64,000 bases of DNA from an uncultured Lentisphaerota bacterium. GTDB taxonomy: Bacteria > Verrucomicrobiota > Kiritimatiellia > RFP12 > UBA1067. Each line of letters begins with the position of its first letter. Positions within the stretch are counted from its first letter, which is position 1. Under the pieces are notes generated by a model. That model was not told the origin of the DNA. It was given only the letters and a program-made list of their open reading frames with translations, and did no database searches. The position numbers and the translations under genes were made by a program. Shown here piece after piece: positions 52,150-60,491 of this stretch. The stretch spans positions 296 through 64,295 of the forward strand of contig CAMKJU010000007.1 of the NCBI GenBank assembly GCA_946413265.1. The letters run 5' to 3'.

Positions 52150-52710
52150 TTAGATGGCTTGATCTCGGACCACGTCCCAGCCCGCGACGCCAAGGATGTG
52201 CGAAAACAGCACCGCGCCAGCACAGGCGTCGTAGAGCGCGTCGTGCCAGGTGCGGCCGGGGCAGAGCGCGTCCACGCGAGCCTGGAGACCGAACACGCGC
52301 ACGACGTCGCCGAGCGCGTAGGACTTCAGCGTGGGCCAGAAGCGGCGCACGAGGCGGAGTGTATCAAACCACGGACCGAACGGCGCGAGCGGCGCGCGTT
52401 TCACGAGGATCGTCCGCTCCGTGGCCGCGTTGTGCGCGACAAGCGGCACGCCCTGGAGGCGCGTGGCGAGGCCCGGCCAGAGGTCGGCGAAGGACGGCGC
52501 GGCGGCGAGTTCGGCGCGGAGCTGCGCCCAGCGTCCCGGCGCGCGCGGCGAAAAGGGCCGATCGACGGGGATGCGGAAGTACGTCTCCCAGCGCGACGCC
52601 GCCACGGGCTCGCCGTCGACGATCTCCACACAGCCGAGCTGCCAGGGCTCGTTCTCCCATCCCGGCATGGTGCCAGTCGTCTCGAAGTCAAGCGAGACGA
52701 GACGCGTCAT
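52150..52710 (-). CDS. DEDD-type 3'-5' exonuclease (DnaQ/epsilon-like)
   Basis: MTRLVSLDFETTG (Exo I), VAHNAATE (Exo II), WHDALYDA (Exo III, DEDDh). The rest of track ORF 52150..53748 is an antisense shadow. Confidence 0.75.
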   Translation of the reverse strand: MTRLVSLDFETTGTMPGWENEPWQLGCVEIVDGEPVAASRWETYFRIPVDRPFSPRAPGRWAQLRAELAAAPSFADLWPGLATRLQGVPLVAHNAATERTILVKRAPLAPFGPWFDTLRLVRRFWPTLKSYALGDVVRVFGLQARVDALCPGRTWHDALYDACAGAVLFSHILGVAGWDVVRDQAI

Positions 52711-53984
52711 TTTTCGTAGTCCCTCTTGAGGAAGCAGAGCCGCGCGACGAGGATCACGAGCGCGCCCGCGAGGTAGAAACCCGCAAGGGACGCGAGGCCT
52801 GTCTGCATGCTGAACGCCTGTTTCATCCAGCCGAGCACGGTGGAGGAGGACGATCCGAAGATGAACGCGCAGCAGAGCATGATGCCGCCAGCCGACGCAT
52901 GGTAGCGCGGCTTGATCACGTCGAAGAGCGAGGCGAAGAGGTTCGAGTCGTACACGCCGCGGAACACGCCGAAGAGCGCCATCGCCACGCAGCAACTGAC
53001 AAGCGTACTCGCGTGCGCCATCCACCAGATGAACGGCACGGCGAGCGCAAGGCCGACGATGTTCGTCTCCATGCGGATGCCGGGACGCGTCTTCGCGAGG
53101 CGATCGGACACGCGGCTCGCCACCATCACGCCCACGAGCGCGCCGAGGTAGTGCCAGACGACCGCGAACAGCGCCGGCGCGCCCTTCAGCCACGGCAGCC
53201 GTTCGGAGAGGGCGTTGAAGTCCCCCGCAAAGACCTCCGACGTCTTGAGGTAGTCCGGCATCCACGTCTTGAATCCGATGTCCACGTAGATCATCATACC
53301 GAAACCGAGCGCGAGCAGCATGGCGCTCGGCTTGCCCACCATCGCCTTCACGGCCTCGACGGCGGACGCCTTCTGCGGCGCACCGGCGACGGGCGCGGGT
53401 TTCGTGTCCTTCAGCAGGAAGGCGAGCGCCACGGCCCACGCGAGGCCGATGCCGCCGAACAGACGGAACGGCGTGCGCCAGCCGTCGGCGCCGCCTTCGG
53501 CCATCCAGCCGCTCGCCCACGAGCAGCCGATGATACCGAGGTAGAGGCCCACCTGCAGGAGGGAGAGCGCGGTCGCGCGCGTCTCCTTGTGGAGCTGGGA
53601 GATGAGCGACGTGGCGGACGGGTAGTAGAAGGTCTGTCCAAGTCCGTTCAGGACGCCGTATGTGAGGATGAGCAGCCCCACCGTGCCCACGAAACCGCTG
53701 CAGAAGATGCCGCAGCAGAACACGGCCACGCCGATCGTCACCATCCACTTGCGCCGGAAGAGGTCCGCCGCAATGCCGGCGAACGGCACGCAGATTCCGT
53801 ACATGAACGTGAACACCGTGCCCACCACGCCGATCGCGGTACTCGACACACCGAAGCTATCGCGGATGGAAGGCAGAGTGGCGGAGTAGATCTGTCGCGT
53901 GCCCTGCTGGAGGAAGAACGCCACCCACAGAAGCAGGAGGGCGAACCACTTGTAGTTCGGAGACGTTTCTTGTTCGTTGCTCAT
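52707..53984 (-). CDS. MFS transporter
   Basis: 12-TM pattern with GIAADLFRRKWM (MFS motif A-like). The stop overlaps the exonuclease start (ATGA). Confidence 0.8.
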   Translation of the reverse strand: MSNEQETSPNYKWFALLLLWVAFFLQQGTRQIYSATLPSIRDSFGVSSTAIGVVGTVFTFMYGICVPFAGIAADLFRRKWMVTIGVAVFCCGIFCSGFVGTVGLLILTYGVLNGLGQTFYYPSATSLISQLHKETRATALSLLQVGLYLGIIGCSWASGWMAEGGADGWRTPFRLFGGIGLAWAVALAFLLKDTKPAPVAGAPQKASAVEAVKAMVGKPSAMLLALGFGMMIYVDIGFKTWMPDYLKTSEVFAGDFNALSERLPWLKGAPALFAVVWHYLGALVGVMVASRVSDRLAKTRPGIRMETNIVGLALAVPFIWWMAHASTLVSCCVAMALFGVFRGVYDSNLFASLFDVIKPRYHASAGGIMLCCAFIFGSSSSTVLGWMKQAFSMQTGLASLAGFYLAGALVILVARLCFLKRDYEK

Positions 53985-53998
53985 TGCTTGGTATCCTT

Positions 53999-54736
53999 TC
54001 ATTTGATGTTTGACGGGACGTAGCGATAGCCCGCGCGGTAGACGGTTTCGATGCACGCGCCCGCCGGGCCTAACTTCGCTCGGAGACGGCAGATCGCTTG
54101 GTCGATGGAATGTGTAGTGCCAAAATACGTCTCGTCCTCCCACAGCACCTTCAACAGGTCGTCGCGGCTCACCGCCTCACCTGGATGGCGCGCAAGATAG
54201 TGGAGTATCTTGTACTCGTTGATGAACAAATCCTTCACGCGCCCGCGCGCGTCGACGAGCTTGAGGCGTTTCGCCTCCACGCGGAAGGACGCGAACGTGA
54301 AGTCGCCCGTTTCGAGCGTGGAGGTGTCGGGAGCCGCTGCGGGTGCGGCCGATGCGGCCGGCGAAGCAGATACCTCCGCCCGACGGAGTGCCGCCGCCAC
54401 GCGCGCAAGCAACTCGTCGTTGTCGAAGGGCTTCTTCACGTAGTCGTCGGACCCCAGGCCAAGCCCCAGGATCACATCGGACTTCTCGCCCTTCGCCGTC
54501 AGGAGAATCACCGGCAACGCGGTATCCGTGCGCCGGATCTCGCTCAATACCTCGTACCCGCTTTTCTTCGGCATCATCACATCGAGGAGCAACAGATCTG
54601 GACGCTTCTGTGCCACCTGCGCAAGCGCCTCCTCTCCGTTGACGGCGAAGCGCACCGTGTGCCCTGCGGACTTCAACAGCGTGCGCAGCGCGCTCCGCGT
54701 GGCGGGATAGTCCTCTGCGACCAGAATGTCAGCCAT
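53999..54736 (-). CDS. OmpR-family response regulator
   Basis: MADILVAEDYPATR...DLLLLDVMMPKKSG...LTAKG receiver domain, and the winged-helix C-terminus ...VYRAGYRY. Confidence 0.9.
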   Translation of the reverse strand: MADILVAEDYPATRSALRTLLKSAGHTVRFAVNGEEALAQVAQKRPDLLLLDVMMPKKSGYEVLSEIRRTDTALPVILLTAKGEKSDVILGLGLGSDDYVKKPFDNDELLARVAAALRRAEVSASPAASAAPAAAPDTSTLETGDFTFASFRVEAKRLKLVDARGRVKDLFINEYKILHYLARHPGEAVSRDDLLKVLWEDETYFGTTHSIDQAICRLRAKLGPAGACIETVYRAGYRYVPSNIK

Positions 54737-56015
54737 TTCCTGCCTCCTTGAGTTCAAGCGTGAATATCGTTCCGCCGCCCTCGCGCGCCGCGCACGTGAG
54801 GTCACCGCCCATCTCGCGCGCGTACGACCGCGCAATCGTCAACCCCAGACCGAAACCTCCCACGGACGCCGTGGTGCTATCGTCTGCCCGCCAGAAGCGC
54901 GTGAAGGCGTTGCGCAGACCATCAGGCGTCAAACCCGGTCCGCGGTCGCGCACCTCCACGCGCACGCCGGCACCGCCCTTCTCGGCGACGACCTCCACCG
55001 GCGCACCCGGCGCATATTTCGCGGCGTTGTCGAGCAGATTGATCAGAATCGCCTTCACGGCGTCCGCATCTGCATAGATGGGCAGAGGTCCCTCGGCTAA
55101 TACGGACGGCGCGTTCTCGGGGAAGCGTCCGCGCATGAGCCGCACGACGTTTTGCACGAGTTCGGCCGCATCGAAGTCCGTCATCGTGAATTTCTTCGTG
55201 CGCCGCTCCAGACGCGAGAAGTCGAGCAGTTCCGCCACGAGCGACTTCAGGCGCACGGATTCTTCAGCGATTACCTCGTATGCCTCATGCCTGTCCTCAT
55301 CCGATGTAATCTGCCCTTTGCGCAGCATCTCCGCGTACGGGATGATCGCCGTGAGCGGCGTGTTGAGTTCATGCGAGACGAGCGATACAAAGTTCGTCTT
55401 TGTCAGCGCCTCATGCCGCGCCCGCCACGCCGCACGCACGAGCAACCACGCACCCACGCCCGCGACAAGCAGCACGAGAGCGACAAAACATCCGCCCACC
55501 CAGTAGAGCATCGTTGGATCATCGAACGGCAGACGTTCCGGATTCCCCACAAGTACACCGACAACCTCTGTCTTTAGCCGCTTTGCGTCATTCTTTTGTA
55601 TGCGTTGCCAGGCGACCAAATGTTCGCCAAACTTCTGCAAGTTACGGTTATCCGGCGCCCGCCCCTTCGCTTTCCATGTATAGTCTGAAGGGAACTGAGC
55701 CTCAAGGTCGGGCGGGATATTCAGGTTGCAGACAAGGCCCTTTCCCTTCCGCCAGATGAAGGCTCCCTGCGCGTAGGGTTCGTCTTCAAGTGTCTGCCGC
55801 AGTTCGCGTTCGCGGTCAGCTGCGGACTTCGGGCGGATACGCCCCTCCATGTTGTGCATGAGGGCCTTCCACCGTTCACCGCGCATGTCCTCAAACGCCT
55901 GCCGGTTCGCCTTCACGTCCCGCACCACATGCGTGAGCAGCCACAACCCCGCGCACGCGAGCAACAACGCAGGCACCACGACAAATGCAACTTTGACTAT
56001 AAGGTCTTTGTTCAC
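54729..56015 (-). CDS. sensor histidine kinase (HisKA + HATPase_c)
   Basis: H-box LVSHELNTPLTAI, N-box LINLLDNAAKY, G-boxes DRGPGL and GGFGLGL. A GTG start at 56015 sits 6 nt after the -10. The TTG/MWYNG start in the track is the promoter itself. Confidence 0.85.
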   Translation of the reverse strand: MNKDLIVKVAFVVVPALLLACAGLWLLTHVVRDVKANRQAFEDMRGERWKALMHNMEGRIRPKSAADRERELRQTLEDEPYAQGAFIWRKGKGLVCNLNIPPDLEAQFPSDYTWKAKGRAPDNRNLQKFGEHLVAWQRIQKNDAKRLKTEVVGVLVGNPERLPFDDPTMLYWVGGCFVALVLLVAGVGAWLLVRAAWRARHEALTKTNFVSLVSHELNTPLTAIIPYAEMLRKGQITSDEDRHEAYEVIAEESVRLKSLVAELLDFSRLERRTKKFTMTDFDAAELVQNVVRLMRGRFPENAPSVLAEGPLPIYADADAVKAILINLLDNAAKYAPGAPVEVVAEKGGAGVRVEVRDRGPGLTPDGLRNAFTRFWRADDSTTASVGGFGLGLTIARSYAREMGGDLTCAAREGGGTIFTLELKEAGNG

Positions 56016-56021
56016 GGTTCC

Positions 56022-56030
56022 ATTATACCA
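56022..56030 (-). promoter_or_regulatory. extended -10 (TGGTATAAT) 6 nt before the GTG start (leaderless candidate)
   Basis: Minus strand TTGTGGTATAATggaaccGTG. Confidence 0.4.
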
Positions 56031-56251
56031 CAATCTTCGGATTGGAGACCATACCAGAATTCAAGAGTTATTTCCGTTACGTTTCTCGAACGGAGAAAAG
56101 CCGACATCCTCCACGAATGTGGCACACCCGCGCCGAGCAGGTTTTTCGTGCCTGGCGAAGCGCCGCCGGCCGTCGGGTTCGTCTTGCCTGCTTAGGTTAC
56201 TCGCCCATACCGCTTAACGGCCACTGCAGGCAAGGGGAAAATCGACCCACA

Positions 56252-56412
56252 GTATGGACAACTGCCCGTCCCCGTGTGGACAGGATGCGTTTGGCGTATG
56301 GACAGGATGTGTTTTGCGTATGGACAGGCGGCGGAAATGGCTCCATTTCTTTTTTAAATGGGCCCATTTCAAGATGAAATGGGCCCATTACTATTATATA
56401 ATGGAGCCATTT
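56252..56412. repeat. 21-22-bp periodic array: about 4 direct repeats GT[AG]TGGACAGG... followed by 4 palindromes AATGG-NN-CCATT
   Basis: Direct repeats start at 56252, 56274, 56296 and 56318. Palindromes at 56335-56348, 56356-56369, 56377-56390 and 56399-56412. Confidence 0.85.
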
Positions 56413-56801
56413 CCCGCCACTGTTCACGGCTTGAGGCATCTTGTTCACGAATGTGTAGAACCTGTAACATGGAGTGGCAACCGTTTGTGCGTGCAGAAAG
56501 CGGTGTCATGCCCGCCGTCCACGCTGCGGCGTGGGAATCCGCAAACGAAATGGTACTTCATGCCGCCGCTTTTGTTGCAGGTTGAGATTGTGAGCCGAGT
56601 ACGCCGTTACGGCAACTCCACCTTCACCTTGAAGAACCTGTGGGCAGAGTTGGTGGGCGAAGCCCACTCCGCGTCCGTCAACTTTTCCTTGCCAGGACGG
56701 TATACACGTGGACGAGCGAACAAAGAGGCAATCAGATTTCAAGTAACTTGTTTTTCGTGAAGTTTTAACCCTCTATACCGCTCGTGCGGTTGCTCATCAC
56801 C

Positions 56802-59009
56802 TCATTCGCGTGGTTTTGCGGAGCAGCAGAGGCGGAAGCCGAAGGTGTCGCAATGGAAGCTAGGGATGTGATTGTTGTATTTATTGCGGAAATCGGAGCG
56901 ACAGTCCAAGGCAGAGTTATTATGACTGCCGCCACGCAATATAACACGGTCCGAACCCGACCAAGAACCTCTGGAATCGGCACCATACCCCGACACGCCA
57001 AACGGGCGGCACCACTCCCACACATTCCCGTGCATGTCATAAAGGCCCCAGGCATTAGGACGATACGACCCGACAACCGTGTGGTGATGCGAATGACCGC
57101 CTCTCCCATCCGGCCTGTGCCGGGAGAAATCTGCCATAGACTCCCTCCATCCATGGGCTTTCTGGTTGAGTGCAAACCGCCCCAACTGCTTTAGGTCATC
57201 CTCGGAACTACCGCCATTATTGTATGCGCTTTTTGTCCCCGCTCGGCAGGCGTACTCCCATTGTGCCTCATTGGGAAGATCAAAAGCGAGGCCCGTCCGC
57301 ATACTGATCTTTCCAATGAAACTATCTAGATCTACGGCAGAAAACGCCGGCCTCTTCGCGTTCTCGCCCTTCCCGAGGATCATCTCATAAGAGATGTTTT
57401 CTATCGGCCGCATGTAGCCTTTACAATTTGCCGGGTTACTCCCCATCACCAACTCGTACTGCCTCTGCGTTACCTCGAAGACGCCGATGTAGAACGGCTT
57501 CGTGAGCGTAACGCGGTGGGACTCGTCCTTCTGATCTTCGCCCATTATGAACGACCCTGCATTGATTCGGCGCAAGACCAGTTTCGTCGTTTTGTACTCG
57601 TCAGTCCAGCCACTCGACGGTGGATCATTGTCGCGCCACTTGACAGGATATCTTTTGGCGTTAGGGCCGGGGGAAAGATCAATTATACAATAGCGTCGGC
57701 CGTTGTTTGCGGTCGTGCCGAAGCGCGGCCCCACCATGTCCTGCGCTTGCACTGGGACCGGCACGTCAAGTGCATCCACCTCCGCAATGCGCTTCTCTAC
57801 TAGCGATTTCATCAGCCCCTTTACAAGATCGTCGGCTATGGCCTTTCGGTAGAGCGTTGCAGCATGGGCACGATACGGATTGGTGTTCTTTGCCTTAAAT
57901 TTCCACCAGTAGTCAGCCGCCTTCAGCACGTTGAAATCCTTTGTGTCTTCTGGATTCAGCTCAAACTTTGCCGCCTTGATGCCGAGTTTAGAAAACACCT
58001 TGAGCGCCTTCGGCCAGTCGCCGAGCCGCACGTATGCGTCGGCAAGACCGCGCAAGGCGGCGGTGTCGCTCGGATTCCTCTTGAATGCGGCTCTGAATGA
58101 CTTGACATCCGCTTCCGCCTTTGACCGCATAGACGCTATGCGGTAAATCGTTTTAAGCCGCTGTGCCTCGTCCCTGCCAGTACGATTCAGCGCGTTCAAT
58201 GCAAGTGAAGCCACTTCCTCCTCAGGGATTCCCTTCACCGAGTTGCGAAGTAACTCTAGCACATCCGCCACCAAATCGTACTCCTTCGCGAGTGTGTAGT
58301 AGTAGATCGCACACTTTAGAAGAATGTACCTTGCCGCAACTCCCTCAGCCTCTTTCGCGAGACCCGCCGCCGCTTCGCCAACCTCTTTTGCCGTCTCCTT
58401 CTTCTGGCTATAACTCTTAAAGTGCGCAGACATCAGCTCATTTACCAGCGGCTGCACCCGCTTAATTTCCTCTTTCGTAGGCATAGTCCATGATGCCACT
58501 TGAGACACACTTTTCACATCTTGTACGTCGATTTTATCCAGTGAACAGCACATTCTGAATTTTGGATTTTTTGAATATCTAAGTGTCACAAGCGCAATAT
58601 GCCAATCGCCGTCCTTTAGAGCTTCGGCTACGACCTTTCCGGCCTCCGATTTTTTAGCGGTAAAGCAGAAAAAATCTCCTTCTGAGAATGACTGGGAACC
58701 TAGTCCGTCAATCGTGCGAATTTCGACAGCCCAGAAATTGTCTCTTATGACATACTCTGACCCAGAGTAGTTACTAAGCAGGTCATCGTATGCATGTCTA
58801 CTGGAAGCCGTCCTGACCTTAACATTGAAGATTGTAGGCTCGGTTACCAATTCTGCCTTGAACATCGTAAGTGACATTCCAGAAGGTTTTATAACATCAT
58901 TGGTTGTACTGCCATTGGCTACGCCAAAGGTAAAACAAACCATCATCAGTGACAAGCCTTTCCCAGACAGGGCCACTCTATTCGTCTTCTTTAATACGTT
59001 CACGTTCAT
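56802..59009 (-). CDS. FGE-sulfatase (SUMF1/formylglycine-generating enzyme family) domain protein with a long helical-repeat N-terminal region
   Basis: C-terminal motifs LPNEAQWEYACRAGT, GLYDMHGNVWEWC, RGGS. Signal peptide. Visibly lower GC than its surroundings. Confidence 0.75.
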   Translation of the reverse strand: MNVNVLKKTNRVALSGKGLSLMMVCFTFGVANGSTTNDVIKPSGMSLTMFKAELVTEPTIFNVKVRTASSRHAYDDLLSNYSGSEYVIRDNFWAVEIRTIDGLGSQSFSEGDFFCFTAKKSEAGKVVAEALKDGDWHIALVTLRYSKNPKFRMCCSLDKIDVQDVKSVSQVASWTMPTKEEIKRVQPLVNELMSAHFKSYSQKKETAKEVGEAAAGLAKEAEGVAARYILLKCAIYYYTLAKEYDLVADVLELLRNSVKGIPEEEVASLALNALNRTGRDEAQRLKTIYRIASMRSKAEADVKSFRAAFKRNPSDTAALRGLADAYVRLGDWPKALKVFSKLGIKAAKFELNPEDTKDFNVLKAADYWWKFKAKNTNPYRAHAATLYRKAIADDLVKGLMKSLVEKRIAEVDALDVPVPVQAQDMVGPRFGTTANNGRRYCIIDLSPGPNAKRYPVKWRDNDPPSSGWTDEYKTTKLVLRRINAGSFIMGEDQKDESHRVTLTKPFYIGVFEVTQRQYELVMGSNPANCKGYMRPIENISYEMILGKGENAKRPAFSAVDLDSFIGKISMRTGLAFDLPNEAQWEYACRAGTKSAYNNGGSSEDDLKQLGRFALNQKAHGWRESMADFSRHRPDGRGGHSHHHTVVGSYRPNAWGLYDMHGNVWEWCRPFGVSGYGADSRGSWSGSDRVILRGGSHNNSALDCRSDFRNKYNNHIPSFHCDTFGFRLCCSAKPRE

Positions 59010-59020
59010 TGCTTTCTCCT

Positions 59021-59968
59021 TTACAAAGTTGGGATGTTTGCATTGATTGGTGTGTTTACATCAGGTCTTACCACCGGTGTGTTTGTTACATCATGCTTTT
59101 CTGCATTTTCGTCAGTACCGCCAAAATGAGATGTCCTTTTCAACTGTGATAGTTTACGGGCAAACCTTTCATTTGCCTCTACAAACTCATTCAGCTTCAA
59201 ATTGTATTCCGCCTCCATCTTTTCCATTTCGCTTCTTTGGACCCTCTTTAATTCATCGTACTTAGCTTTCATCTCATCTGCGCGCATCCGATCCGTTCGC
59301 GCCGATTTCTCCGTTGCTCGGAGTGCGTTATTTGCAATTGCGACCCGAACTTCCATCTCGCTGATTTTCCGCTGAAATTCCTCTTGTTGCTTTGTATAAT
59401 ACTTTTGTTGTTCAATCTTTTTTACCTCATTCCATGTTATGCGGACCACCCATCCTGCAACACACACGGTCAAGATTGCAGCAACGGCCTTCACCAGAAA
59501 TACTCCAGCATCGACAAGTTTTCCTTTGTTGCGCCGTGACTCTCCCATTCTTTTGAGGGCCTCATAGTCAAGTTTCTGGAGCTTAATTCTTTCCCTCAAT
59601 GAAGCCGCCTCTGCCGATGGTGCGCTGGATTCAGATTGTTTGATTAAAGTTTCGCGCAGGTTGCCTAGATACTGTTTCTCTTCTTTGCACAATACTGGTT
59701 TGTCCAGTAGGTAGTTTATGTCCTTAATGCCAATTTCCGGCTCAATATCAGCCAACACATCCTGTATCTGCTGATCATCCGCCCTAGTCCCGAAATGCCT
59801 CTTGTAGAACACCAGGCCAAGATACAGTCGTGCACCATACGGAGCGTTGAAATAGGCATATTGCATCTCACTATCCCTACAGCACATTTCAATGGCAGTA
59901 CTGAAGTCATCAGCTGAAATTATGGTTTCCTCTGCTTCTCCATTACTCATTCCTAGATGTCCTTTCAT
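59021..59968 (-). CDS. hypothetical membrane/coiled-coil protein
   Basis: One central TM segment (AGVFLVKAVAAILTVCVAGWVV) followed by a K/E-rich coiled coil. Lower GC. No family recognised. Confidence 0.55.
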   Translation of the reverse strand: MKGHLGMSNGEAEETIISADDFSTAIEMCCRDSEMQYAYFNAPYGARLYLGLVFYKRHFGTRADDQQIQDVLADIEPEIGIKDINYLLDKPVLCKEEKQYLGNLRETLIKQSESSAPSAEAASLRERIKLQKLDYEALKRMGESRRNKGKLVDAGVFLVKAVAAILTVCVAGWVVRITWNEVKKIEQQKYYTKQQEEFQRKISEMEVRVAIANNALRATEKSARTDRMRADEMKAKYDELKRVQRSEMEKMEAEYNLKLNEFVEANERFARKLSQLKRTSHFGGTDENAEKHDVTNTPVVRPDVNTPINANIPTL

Positions 59969-60004
59969 TGCCTCTTCTCAATAAGGGTAGCGCAGCCCTG
60001 AGGC

Positions 60005-60055
60005 AAAATTAGAGCGGCGCACTCTCAAGATTCGTATCTCGTCGGAGGCGCCGCT
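60005..60055 (-). terminator. intrinsic-terminator-like hairpin plus U-run
   Basis: Minus strand AGCGGCGC-CTC-..GAGAT-acga-ATCTT-GAG-..GCGCCGCT, followed by CTAATTTTG. Confidence 0.35.
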
Positions 60056-60386
60056 AAGAGCCTTTGCAGAAACATGAATAGGAAAGTACGCCGCGTGGTA
60101 CCACGCGACGCACCACCGTATTTCACTTCTGCAGATGGATTAGCGGTCTTTCCGACGAAGCTACTTTACGCTGTTGCGTAACGTTGCCGGAGTCCTTTCG
60201 GGATTTTCCGGCTCCTTGGATTGACACATTCGTTGCGGCGCGTTAAGGATAACTCGCCCAACCATTGTGGCTTTCCAAGGTTCTGGCTTCCACGGATCAT
60301 CCGATCCGCTTTGGCCCGGTGGTGGGCTGCATCTTCCGCCCACCGTTGTCAAAGATCAAATTCCCTGCCCTATGGGGGCATAAGAG
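60005..60386 (-). ncRNA. candidate structured RNA of about 380 nt, class unknown (alternatively a long 5' leader)
   Basis: Bracketed by a consensus promoter (60393-60421) and a hairpin plus U-run (60005-60055). There are many internal hairpins, for example CGCGTGGTACCACGCG, GGTGGGC-n10-GCCCACC, CGGATCggatGATCCG and GCCGGAaaaTCCcgaaaGGAcTCCGGC. No credible ORF. Confidence 0.35.
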
Positions 60387-60392
60387 GAAATA

Positions 60393-60421
60393 AGTATAAC
60401 CCACTTCCCCGCGCATTTCAA
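60393..60421 (-). promoter_or_regulatory. sigma-70-type promoter (TTGAAA-N17-TATACT)
   Basis: Minus strand TTGAAAtgcgcggggaagtgggtTATACT, located about 70 nt downstream of the mfd stop. Confidence 0.5.
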
Positions 60422-60491
60422 GCGTGAAAATGTCCATTTTTCCAGCGCCGCTCTTGTATCCATCGCTACGTCCACGGGAATAACTTCCAAT

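Noticed and set aside
60005-60386. RNase P RNA or tmRNA identity for the structured intergenic RNA.
   Set aside because: There is a 13-nt match to M1 RNA, but the universally conserved P4 strands (GAGGAAAGUCC / ACAGAAxCCGGCUUA) are missing. No tRNA-like acceptor/T-arm end or Ala-initiated tag ORF ending in AA was found. It is left as unknown class.
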